The notes below the pieces were generated by a model, which was not told where the DNA came from, ran no database searches, and saw only the letters and a list, made by a program, of their open reading frames with translations. Positions 1 through 7,862 of a DNA stretch of 32,000 nt are shown piece by piece (the first letter of the stretch is position 1; each line of letters begins with the position of its first letter). Source of the stretch: Paenibacillus selenitireducens. Its GTDB lineage: Bacteria > Bacillota > Bacilli > Paenibacillales > Paenibacillaceae. The stretch lies in assembly GCF_002021565.1 (NCBI RefSeq), contig NZ_MSZX01000002.1:334554-366553 (forward strand), in the 5' to 3' direction. Both the position numbers and the translations under genes were made by a program.

Positions 1-261
1 CAGCCCACTACCTCAACCGGTATTATCTGTGCTGATTCCATAGATTCATCTGATCACAGGTGATGAAATCCTGCGAATGAGTGAGTATATGTGAGATAAA
101 CCCTTAAAAACGAGGGAAGGGACACGTTAGCTCAATAATCAACTATAACGCGGCTGCCGGTACAAATCGGTAGCCGCGTTATGCTTACTGGCAGTATAGT
201 TCGATAACTCCAGGGATAAAAATCCATAAATGTGAGACAACCGAGTGATTAAGAAAATAGC

Positions 262-301
262 GCCACCCTCGATCGGGGCCCCCGCCCCGGCCGAGGGTGG
301 C
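262..301. other. GC-rich nested hairpin (terminator-like or REP-like)
   Basis: GCCACCCTCG (262-271) pairs with CGAGGGTGGC (292-301). An inner CGGGGC (274-279) pairs with GCCCCG (284-289). There is no adjacent T-run, so function is unclear. Confidence 0.3.
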
Positions 302-451
302 TAACTGGAAATAAAACTTTTTATTACATATCGTTTCTCTCGATAGTGATAACTGTTTAAAAAAGATACTTCATTCCTTACTAACCCCCAGATAAGATAT
401 CGCTGTTTTAAATAACAAACAGGGAGCATAAGGATAAATTAGACTGTCAGG

Positions 452-667
452 GTGGGGGGGATGGCAGAGAAGGTGAATGAGTATGCGGACATTGATAAGC
501 GTGTATCATTGTTCATTGAAGGCAAACACGGAAAGATCGGCATCATTATCCCTGATCATGCACCAACTTATGAAGAGTGGAAAGAATTTAGAGAATCATT
601 AGTTGAAATTGCTTTGAACATCGTTAGGAATAAGCAAATATCATTAAAAAAGGAAACCGCTGAGTAA
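452..667 (+). CDS. hypothetical small protein (68-71 aa)
   Basis: ORF from the track. A purine-rich GGTGGGGGGG run lies just upstream of the ATG at 461; 452 is a GTG alternative. A strong intrinsic terminator follows. No family recognised. Confidence 0.4.
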   Translation: MGGMAEKVNEYADIDKRVSLFIEGKHGKIGIIIPDHAPTYEEWKEFRESLVEIALNIVRNKQISLKKETAE

Positions 668-687
668 GCTGGTTTCCTTTATTTTTT
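649..687 (+). terminator. intrinsic terminator after the small ORF
   Basis: AAAGGAAACC (649-658) pairs with GGTTTCCTTT (671-680) and is followed by TTTTTT (682-687). Confidence 0.6.
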
Positions 688-731
688 GAAGAACCTCAAT
701 AATTAACTTTTGGCACAATCAATATGAGTAA

Positions 732-812
732 GACAAAACAACCCGGGATATTGCGGGACAATTGTTTATCAGTGAGAAAACCGTGCGCAATCACATTTCG
801 AACGTGATGTAG
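732..812 (+). pseudogene. gerE: upstream segment of a split gerE-type LuxR-family HTH regulator gene (equivalent to GerE residues ~26-51); ends in a junction-created TAG
   Basis: Frame-3 translation reads DKTTRDIAGQLFISEKTVRNHISNVM then a stop. This matches the GerE HTH core (DKTTKEIASELFISEKTVRNHISNAM, B. subtilis sequence from memory). An in-frame TAA at 729-731 and the absence of a start codon mean the N-terminal ~25 codons are missing here. Confidence 0.8.
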
Positions 813-829
813 TATGAAACACACCCTTG
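776..829 (+). other. putative attL (host B arm + AA crossover + element P-prime arm)
   Basis: CATTTCG-AA-CGTGATG is centred on 801-802. The CGAACGT core (799-805) is identical to 14819-14825. The P-prime arm 803-826 is an imperfect inverted copy of 14797-14820. Confidence 0.6.
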
Positions 830-961
830 ATAATACAAAAATGTGTCTTAGGTCCCTTGTTTTGGAGGGGGTAATACTCTCGAAAACAGGGATAAATATC
901 CATCATACGACATTTTTTACTAAATATTGGAATTTTGAATATTCCATATTTAAGGATTGTC

Positions 962-970
962 TGCTACAAT
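962..970 (+). promoter_or_regulatory. possible extended -10 element (TGcTACAAT) for the pilus operon
   Basis: TGCTACAAT lies in the AT-rich 215-bp leader, ~55 bp upstream of the first pilus gene. No good -35 box at 17-bp spacing. Confidence 0.2.
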
Positions 971-1024
971 TGCGATGAAATTGGAGAATATTGTATGAAA
1001 TAGATATAGGAATGAGGGTGAACG

Positions 1025-2107
1025 ATGATTAAGAACGAACGGGGATTTGCTCTCCCGATGGTGCTGATCTTAGTAACAGCTTTATCCATTTTAGGAATGG
1101 CCCTTCTTGGAGTAAGCGTAAGCCAAGCTGCCCGAACCGTTCATCAGGAGAAAAAAGAGCAGGCATTCTACATAGCGAAGTCTGGTGCAGATGCTGTTGC
1201 GTCATATATTATTGATCACTATAATCCTGTCTCGGTGAGTACCACTGATGAAATAAAGAACCTCAATAAGGGTTACTTAGAGCAGGACATATCGCTAGGA
1301 ACGGGCACTTTTCGGGCAAATGTTACGAGAGGCCCCGACGATACAATTGTTATTTCTTCCAAGGGAACCTTGGGGAAAGTTACGAACCAGGCTTCGTTGA
1401 CGTTAGGAATGGATGAACCTGTGGTGACGATAGATCACGCGATTCTTGCATCTAAGGATATTGTAAATACAGGGGAGACCATCGTGAACAACGGAGGTAA
1501 TATTGCTGCCGGTGGGAGCATCAGCGGGGATGAAATCAAATTAGATGGGGGGAGTGCAGAATCAAATTATTCAGGAGCTTTTCCTCCTGCAATCCCTTTT
1601 CCAGATATAACAGGTTGGATCACTAAAACATTAGTGATTAATGCCTCAATAAGTGAATCGGCTTATTACGGAAGTTATTTGTCTTCAGACGCTGTATTTG
1701 AAATCAACATGACGAATAACAAGGACATGCATATCGTTTTCAAGAAGTTTGAACCAGCTACGACTGTTATTAATGTGACAGGTACCGGCAACGGGATCAT
1801 TCATCTTTATATGGATAATATCAAAGTAGCTGCATCGTTTACGATTAACAATTTATTGAGTAAAAAGGTAATTCTTCATGTCAAAGATTCAATCGATCTC
1901 AATGGGTCTTTTAATTTGCACGGTGTCCTTTTGTATGCTCCCACGGCGGAATACACTTCTACGAATGGGTCGATAGATCTAAAAGGTGCAATGGTTACTA
2001 AAAAAGTGACATTACAAGGTAGTAATGTGATCAACTACGACGCCTCCATCGCCAATCTCATCAAAGAATCTCGCAAATTTGAACGCAAGAACTGGAGAAA
2101 TTCCTAG
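1025..2107 (+). CDS. PilX/PilK-like large minor pilin (pilus tip or initiation subunit)
   Basis: N-terminus ERG/FALPMVLILVTALSILGMALLG is a prepilin-like hydrophobic helix without Glu at +5. The C-terminal pattern LHGVLLYAP...GSIDLKGAMV...NYD is typical of PilX/TadG-like proteins. RBS GAGGGTG precedes the start. Confidence 0.7.
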   Translation: MIKNERGFALPMVLILVTALSILGMALLGVSVSQAARTVHQEKKEQAFYIAKSGADAVASYIIDHYNPVSVSTTDEIKNLNKGYLEQDISLGTGTFRANVTRGPDDTIVISSKGTLGKVTNQASLTLGMDEPVVTIDHAILASKDIVNTGETIVNNGGNIAAGGSISGDEIKLDGGSAESNYSGAFPPAIPFPDITGWITKTLVINASISESAYYGSYLSSDAVFEINMTNNKDMHIVFKKFEPATTVINVTGTGNGIIHLYMDNIKVAASFTINNLLSKKVILHVKDSIDLNGSFNLHGVLLYAPTAEYTSTNGSIDLKGAMVTKKVTLQGSNVINYDASIANLIKESRKFERKNWRNS

Positions 2108-2125
2108 CCAATCGGAGTGAATGAC

Positions 2126-2581
2126 ATGAACGTACGAAAACAAGAAGAAGGATTTACGTTAATCGAAGTTTTGGCGTCTTTTGTCCTCCTTGTGATCATG
2201 GCAACGGTGTTAGTGAGCCTATTCTCCAACGGATTTCGCTCCATTGACAAATTCGGTGAGCGAAGCGAGCAAATGCATTTAGCTCGGCAAGAAGTGGAAC
2301 AAGCTACAGCCGGCACAGGAAGTAACCTGACTATCCATCAAATTAAAGGTACCGGCCAACTGAAAATTGAAGGCGAGACGGTTGAGAAACAGATTAGCGG
2401 AACTTCGGGCAGCAAAATGATATTGTTCATTCCAACACCAACGCCATGGAAGACAGGTGTATCGTACACCTTAGATGACCAGGTTCGATATAACGGGAAA
2501 AACTATCGATGTGTCATCCCGCATACCTCGAATGCCAGCAACAAGCCAACCAGTACAAGTTCTCCATGGGTTACCATGTAA
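2126..2581 (+). CDS. minor pilin (prepilin-type N-terminus) fused to a C-terminal CBM5/12-type chitin-binding module
   Basis: The leader ends in G/FTLIEVL, giving Glu at +5. The C-terminus WKTGVSYTLDDQVRYNGKNYRCVIPHTSNASNKPTSTSSPW fits the W..Y..G..V.YNGK.Y.C..PHTS...P...W pattern of ChtBD3/CBM5-12. The track start 2117 is a GTG; the ATG at 2126 has GGAG at good spacing. Confidence 0.8.
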   Translation: MNVRKQEEGFTLIEVLASFVLLVIMATVLVSLFSNGFRSIDKFGERSEQMHLARQEVEQATAGTGSNLTIHQIKGTGQLKIEGETVEKQISGTSGSKMILFIPTPTPWKTGVSYTLDDQVRYNGKNYRCVIPHTSNASNKPTSTSSPWVTM

Positions 2582-2644
2582 CTTGTATCCTATATATACT
2601 TTACTCTTCACGGAGAATTCGGATCTAAGAATAGGGGATGGTAT

Positions 2645-3202
2645 ATGCGATACGTGAAGCTTGACCAGAAAGGCCTTACGATCATTGAACTGTTAGCCGC
2701 CATCGTACTGCTTACGATTGTTTTGTCTCTAGCTTTTTCATCCTATGCGTTTGGGGTCAAGTCCTTTCAACGCGCGAATGAGCAGAGCGAGCTTCAAGAT
2801 CAGGTACGAATTGTCTCTCATGTTATTACCAGCAAATTGCGATATGCCAGCGAAGTCGAACTTTTATCATCCTGTCCTACGAACCTTACTGAAGGATTTA
2901 ACTACATCTGTATGAATTCGAACAAAAAAACCATTGATCTACACACCTACGATAAAACAACATCCGCTCACAAGCTTCAAAGCCTAAATACCGCAAGCTC
3001 CAAACATCCAATCACCTACGACATCGCGTTCCAAAAAACAAATGACCATCTCTTATCCTACAGCCTGAAGAGCATGGCTGATCAACAAAAATTTGACGTA
3101 CAATCTGAGATCTTGTTATTGAATTTGGATTTGAATGCAGTATCCATAAAAATAACGGGAAGCACACCTTATCAAGGCATTGCTTTCAAAGAAAACGCTT
3201 GA
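2645..3202 (+). CDS. minor pilin (prepilin-type N-terminal cleavage/methylation domain)
   Basis: QKG/LTIIELLAAIVLLTIVLSLAF has Glu at +5. RBS GGGGA is upstream. The gene sits between the other pilin genes and pilB. Confidence 0.75.
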   Translation: MRYVKLDQKGLTIIELLAAIVLLTIVLSLAFSSYAFGVKSFQRANEQSELQDQVRIVSHVITSKLRYASEVELLSSCPTNLTEGFNYICMNSNKKTIDLHTYDKTTSAHKLQSLNTASSKHPITYDIAFQKTNDHLLSYSLKSMADQQKFDVQSEILLLNLDLNAVSIKITGSTPYQGIAFKENA

Positions 3203-3227
3203 ACTTTTTGGACGATAAATCCAAGGG

Positions 3228-4904
3228 ATGAGAGGTGAAAACGTGAATAAACCTCGGAAACGCATGGGGGATCTACTCGTTGAGTCCGGACTCCTTACGA
3301 ATGAACAGCTGCAAATTGCCCTGAATGAAAAGAAACCAACACAAAAGCTAGGGGAAACGTTATTGCAGCTCGGGTTCATCACGGAGCAAAGACTTATTGA
3401 GGTTCTAGAGTTTCAATTAGGTATTCCTTATGTCAGCTTATTCAAATACCCGATAGATACCAAGCTGTTAAGCATCGTGTCCAAAGAAACCGCCGAACGT
3501 AACAAGCTAATCCCTCTGAAAAGAGAAAGCAATAAGCTATTTGTCGCCATGGCTGACCCAATGGATTTTTATGCGATTGATGATTTGCGGCTCTCGACGG
3601 GTTTTCAGATCGAAGTGTCCATTGCGACGAAGGAAGACATTCATAAAGCCATCAGCAAATATTACAGCCTAGTGGATAACATGGAAGACCTGTTAGGCGC
3701 AGACCTCAAGTTTAAAGAGAAGGATGAAGATACGGTTACCGATGAAGACTCTCCGGTCGTCAAATTGGTCAACCAAATGATTCTTGCAGCCTATCAGCAA
3801 AAAGCGAGTGATATTCACATCGATCCGCAAGAGTCAGATGTTGTGATTCGATATCGGGTTGACGGGATCCTGAGGACAGAACGGAAATTTGCGAAACAAA
3901 TGCTGAGCATGATCGTGGCAAGGATCAAAATTTTATCCAATCTGAACATTACCGAATTCAGAATTCCGCAAGACGGTCGGATCAAAATTAATCTGGATTC
4001 CAATGCGATAGATCTTCGGGTTTCCACACTGCCAACAGTCTATGGCGAAAAGGTCGTCATGCGAATTCTCGACATCGGAAGTTCAGCTATAGATTTGAAA
4101 AGAATGAATTTTCATCCCACGAATTATGAACGTTTTGTGCGCATGATCGAAAAGCCGACAGGCATTGTGCTGATTACCGGTCCTACGGGTTCTGGCAAAT
4201 CTTCTACACTCTATTCCGCTTTGGGACAATTAAATTCGCCGGATGTCAACATTATTACCGTGGAAGATCCGGTGGAGTATCGGCTGGAAGGGGTTAATCA
4301 GGTTCAAGTCAATGTGAGTACCGGGATGACATTCTCGAAGGGATTGCGTGCGATTTTGCGTCAGGATCCGAACATCGTTATGGTCGGTGAAATTCGGGAT
4401 ACAGAGACAGCGGAGATTGCAGTTCGTGCTTCGTTAACAGGGCACTTAGTCTTGAGCACGATCCACACGAATGACGCGATCAGCACGATTACGAGATTAA
4501 TAGACATGGGAATTGAGCCTTTTCTCGTAGCTGCCTCGTTGTCTGGCGTCGTATCACAGAGGCTTGTCCGGCGCATTTGTCAGGAGTGTAAGACGCTGCA
4601 GCTTCCTTCGCAGCGGGAGACTGAAATTTTCGAAAAGCGAGGATTACAGATTGAGGCTGTCGCGAGAGGAAAAGGCTGCGGCGCTTGCAATATGACAGGC
4701 TACAAAGGAAGGATCGCTATTCATGAATTATTGGTGATCGATGATGAAATTCGCCGAATGATCATGAACAATCGTTCCATGGAACAGATCAAGGAGATCG
4801 CGGTGATGAAAGGAACCATTTTTTTAATTGATGATGGCTTAATTAAAGTAAAAGAAGGCTATACAACCACAGAAGAAGTCCTGCGCGTAGCCATCAGTGA
4901 GTAA
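3228..4904 (+). CDS. pilB: type IV pilus assembly ATPase PilB (GspE family) with N-terminal MshEN-type domain
   Basis: Walker A GPTGSGKSS, the tetracysteine motif CQEC...CGAC, and GspE-type N-terminal domains are present. An alternative GTG start at 3243 has a better RBS. Confidence 0.93.
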   Translation: MRGENVNKPRKRMGDLLVESGLLTNEQLQIALNEKKPTQKLGETLLQLGFITEQRLIEVLEFQLGIPYVSLFKYPIDTKLLSIVSKETAERNKLIPLKRESNKLFVAMADPMDFYAIDDLRLSTGFQIEVSIATKEDIHKAISKYYSLVDNMEDLLGADLKFKEKDEDTVTDEDSPVVKLVNQMILAAYQQKASDIHIDPQESDVVIRYRVDGILRTERKFAKQMLSMIVARIKILSNLNITEFRIPQDGRIKINLDSNAIDLRVSTLPTVYGEKVVMRILDIGSSAIDLKRMNFHPTNYERFVRMIEKPTGIVLITGPTGSGKSSTLYSALGQLNSPDVNIITVEDPVEYRLEGVNQVQVNVSTGMTFSKGLRAILRQDPNIVMVGEIRDTETAEIAVRASLTGHLVLSTIHTNDAISTITRLIDMGIEPFLVAASLSGVVSQRLVRRICQECKTLQLPSQRETEIFEKRGLQIEAVARGKGCGACNMTGYKGRIAIHELLVIDDEIRRMIMNNRSMEQIKEIAVMKGTIFLIDDGLIKVKEGYTTTEEVLRVAISE

Positions 4905-5952
4905 TGGGAAGGGGAAGCTGGAGCAATTGGAGCAATTATTACGAATGGCTTTTGAACAAAAAGCATCGGACTTGCACCTTACGGTAGGTGTACCACCCAT
5001 GATCCGAATCAATGGGGATCTCAAGCAATATGGCGAAGATAATTTGAAGCCCGAAGACACGATCAAGATGGCGAAGAGCATTATGACTCGAGATCAATGG
5101 GAGGTTTTGCAGGAAAAGAGAGAGCTGGATTTTTCCTTTGGGATTAAGGATATGACTCGATTCCGTGTGAATGTGTACCATCAACGTTCTCAAATAGGTA
5201 TCGCGCTCCGCCTTATACCAACAACCATCCCGGCATTGGATACTTTGCATGTACCGGAAGTTTTGCGTCAGCTAAGCACCAAAGCGCAAGGATTGATTCT
5301 CGTCACAGGCCCGACGGGAAGCGGCAAATCAACGACGCTCGCTTCGATGATCGATGACATGAACAAGAGAATGCGCAAACATGTTATTACGTTAGAGGAT
5401 CCGATTGAGTACTTGCACCGCAACCAATATTCCGTCATTAATCAACGGGAAATCGGACATGATTCGCATAGCTTTTCGAACGGACTGCGGGCCGCGCTAC
5501 GGCAAGATCCCGATGTCATCCTGGTTGGAGAGTTACGAGATCTAGAGACGATATCCATTGCCATTACAGCGGCAGAGACGGGGCACTTGGTGCTTGGAAC
5601 CTTACATACGCCGAACGCGCCTGCAACGATTGATCGTATTTTGGACGTGTTTCCAGCCAATCAGCAAGGTCAAATTCGGATTCAACTTGCATCTGTTTTG
5701 ATCGCAATTCTATCACAACGGCTTTTCCCGACCATCGACAATCGAAGCAGGCGCGTGGCAACGGAATTGTTAATTAATAATCATGCTGTTGCCAACTTGA
5801 TTCGGAATGAGAAAGTCCACCAAATCTATAACTTCATGCAGACGGGGAAATCCTTTGGCATGCATACCCTGGAAATGTCCATGAACGATTTGATCGAGAA
5901 AAAGGTGATTACTCGAGAGGTCGCAGCACCATATTTTAGGGAGATGAGTTAA
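4897..5952 (+). CDS. pilT: type IV pilus retraction ATPase PilT
   Basis: 351 aa with ASDLHL near the N-terminus, Walker A GPTGSGKST, and LVGELRD / GHLVLGTLHT motifs. The GTG start overlaps the pilB stop by 8 nt. Confidence 0.92.
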   Translation: MSNGKGKLEQLEQLLRMAFEQKASDLHLTVGVPPMIRINGDLKQYGEDNLKPEDTIKMAKSIMTRDQWEVLQEKRELDFSFGIKDMTRFRVNVYHQRSQIGIALRLIPTTIPALDTLHVPEVLRQLSTKAQGLILVTGPTGSGKSTTLASMIDDMNKRMRKHVITLEDPIEYLHRNQYSVINQREIGHDSHSFSNGLRAALRQDPDVILVGELRDLETISIAITAAETGHLVLGTLHTPNAPATIDRILDVFPANQQGQIRIQLASVLIAILSQRLFPTIDNRSRRVATELLINNHAVANLIRNEKVHQIYNFMQTGKSFGMHTLEMSMNDLIEKKVITREVAAPYFREMS

Positions 5953-7160
5953 TGGCTCAGTTTGCATATATCGGTCGTGATCGTGCCGGCAAGTCGCGTA
6001 AAGGGAAAGTTTCTGGTTCAACCCGGAAAGAAGTTGTCATGGAACTTCGCGAGAAAGGGATTGCCATTTCCGAGATCGTCGAGCTGGAAGCAAATGTGTT
6101 CAATACGGATATTACCATTGGCAACCCAGTTAAGACGCAAGATTTCGTGATTTACCTCCGTCAGTTTGCAACGTTAATCGTGGCCGGCGTGTCGGTTGCG
6201 GAAGCTACGAAGATATTGGCGGAACAGACCGCAAGTAAAGCTTTGCGAAAGGCACTAATCAATGTAGAGGAAGAATTACGATCTGGTAAACCGTTGTCAC
6301 TTGCTGCAGCCCTTCATCCAAAAATCTTTCCACCCATGTTCATTAATTTGGTACAAGCCGGGGAAGCCACGGGGAACTTGGATGAGACGCTGGAACGATT
6401 AGCTTCTTTTTTTGAGAAACAGCACTATACCGTCCAAAAGGTGAAGTCCGCACTAACTTATCCAATTGCCATCACGATTGTCGCCATTGGGGTCGTTATC
6501 TTCCTGCTTACCAAAATCGTGCCCACGTTTGCCTCGATGTTTATGCAATTCGATGCAGAATTACCGTGGATTACGAAGACCGTCTTGGCGATCAGTGACT
6601 GGATGCAGCGTTTTTGGTGGCTCATTATCTTGCTGATTGTAGGGATCGTGGTTGGCATCACAGTGGCGATGAGAAATCCATCCAGTAAATATTATCTTGA
6701 TCATGCCATTCTCAAAATCCCGATCTTTGGGAAGTTAGTGCAGAAATCCGTCATTGCCAGATTTACAAGAACATTAAGCTCGTTGTTTAAAAGCTCGGTT
6801 CCGATTCTGGATGCGCTAAGTATCGTAGACAAAGTCGTCATGAATGAAGTCATGAGTAGGGTGTTGAAGGAGTCTAGGGTCTCGCTCCAAGGAGGGAAAT
6901 CGCTGTCTGCTCCAATGAAGCAGCATTGGATATTTCCGCCGCTCGTAACACAGATGATCGCCATTGGGGAACAATCTGGTTCTCTCGATTTCATGTTGGA
7001 AAAGGTCGCGGATTTCTATGAGAAAGAAGTCGATGCGACGGCGGATGCGCTGAAAGGCTTAATCGAGCCGATCATGATCATCATGCTGGCAGGTATTGTT
7101 GGATTTATTGTGTTGTCAATTATCGTGCCGATGTTCGATATTTTCAACCATGTCAAATAG
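5952..7160 (+). CDS. pilC: type IV pilus platform protein PilC (GspF family)
   Basis: 402 aa polytopic protein with the duplicated GspF-type architecture. The ATG overlaps the pilT stop (TAATG). Confidence 0.92.
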   Translation: MAQFAYIGRDRAGKSRKGKVSGSTRKEVVMELREKGIAISEIVELEANVFNTDITIGNPVKTQDFVIYLRQFATLIVAGVSVAEATKILAEQTASKALRKALINVEEELRSGKPLSLAAALHPKIFPPMFINLVQAGEATGNLDETLERLASFFEKQHYTVQKVKSALTYPIAITIVAIGVVIFLLTKIVPTFASMFMQFDAELPWITKTVLAISDWMQRFWWLIILLIVGIVVGITVAMRNPSSKYYLDHAILKIPIFGKLVQKSVIARFTRTLSSLFKSSVPILDALSIVDKVVMNEVMSRVLKESRVSLQGGKSLSAPMKQHWIFPPLVTQMIAIGEQSGSLDFMLEKVADFYEKEVDATADALKGLIEPIMIIMLAGIVGFIVLSIIVPMFDIFNHVK

Positions 7161-7211
7161 GTTATAGTGGCAACATTATAATAGATTACTAATTTTATAG
7201 GAGGAATAAGT

Positions 7212-7745
7212 ATGTTACAAATGGCAATGAAAAGGGTCAAAAATGAGAAAGGGTTAACGCTGATTGAGTTACTGGCAGTGGTTGTTATTTTGGGGATCGT
7301 CGCGGCTATTGCGATACCTGCGATTGGGGGATTGATTGACAGAACGAAAAAAGACGCACATGTTGCGAATGCAATTCAAATGATAGCAGCTGCAAAAATG
7401 GCTGTTGTGGGTGATGAGAGAGCAAGACCTACCGCTACAACAATTACAAAATATATATCTTTAGACTGGTTAGTTGTAAATGGATATCTTGATCCAGTGA
7501 AGGATCCCGATGGTACAACGAATGGTTACTCAGTTGGTACTGCTGCTGCCACACCTCCACCTAGTACTGTAGCTACAGCAGGTTCCCATGTTTTAGCAAC
7601 ATTAACCACATCAACTGGTGCAATTTCTTATAGCGTATTTCTAAAAAATGATACACGCGGAGTACGAGAAACTGCAACTAGTACAGGTACTGCAGCTACT
7701 GACTACGTGAAAGAATCAACCGTGAACCGTGACGCAGTTAAATAG
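7212..7745 (+). CDS. pilA: major type IV pilin PilA
   Basis: NEKG/LTLIELLAVVVILGIVAAIAIPA is a canonical class III signal with Glu at +5. A strong AGGAGG RBS precedes the start. The C-terminal half is rich in Thr/Ser/Ala. A hairpin follows the gene. Confidence 0.88.
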   Translation: MLQMAMKRVKNEKGLTLIELLAVVVILGIVAAIAIPAIGGLIDRTKKDAHVANAIQMIAAAKMAVVGDERARPTATTITKYISLDWLVVNGYLDPVKDPDGTTNGYSVGTAAATPPPSTVATAGSHVLATLTTSTGAISYSVFLKNDTRGVRETATSTGTAATDYVKESTVNRDAVK

Positions 7746-7810
7746 GTCAACTCCATAGTCACTTGTGGCCTAGAAGTTAATCTTGTTACAATCAGACATC
7801 TATAACTAAT

Positions 7811-7833
7811 CACGCCCTCGTTAGGGGGGCGTG
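7811..7833 (+). terminator. hairpin after pilA (probable leaky terminator or attenuator)
   Basis: CACGCCC (7811-7817) pairs with GGGCGTG (7827-7833), followed only by a weak TT-rich tract. It lies between the major pilin gene and pilD. Confidence 0.4.
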
Positions 7834-7862
7834 TTATCCATTGTCCTAACTGGAGGCAAACC

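Noticed and set aside
724-807. ATG at 724 as a start codon for the gerE fragment
   Set aside because: It is in a different reading frame (MSKTKQPGILRDNCLSVRKPCAITFRT-stop) and gives no LuxR/GerE-like sequence. The GerE-like frame is closed by TAA at 729-731.
810-1024. c-di-GMP riboswitch in the leader of the pilus operon (as upstream of the C. difficile pilA1 locus)
   Set aside because: I could not find the conserved GEMM-I or c-di-GMP-II core sequences (for example the GCAAA/ACGCA-type conserved segments). Only generic short hairpins are present, and part of the region is the P-prime arm of the att site. A covariance-model scan (Rfam) would settle it.
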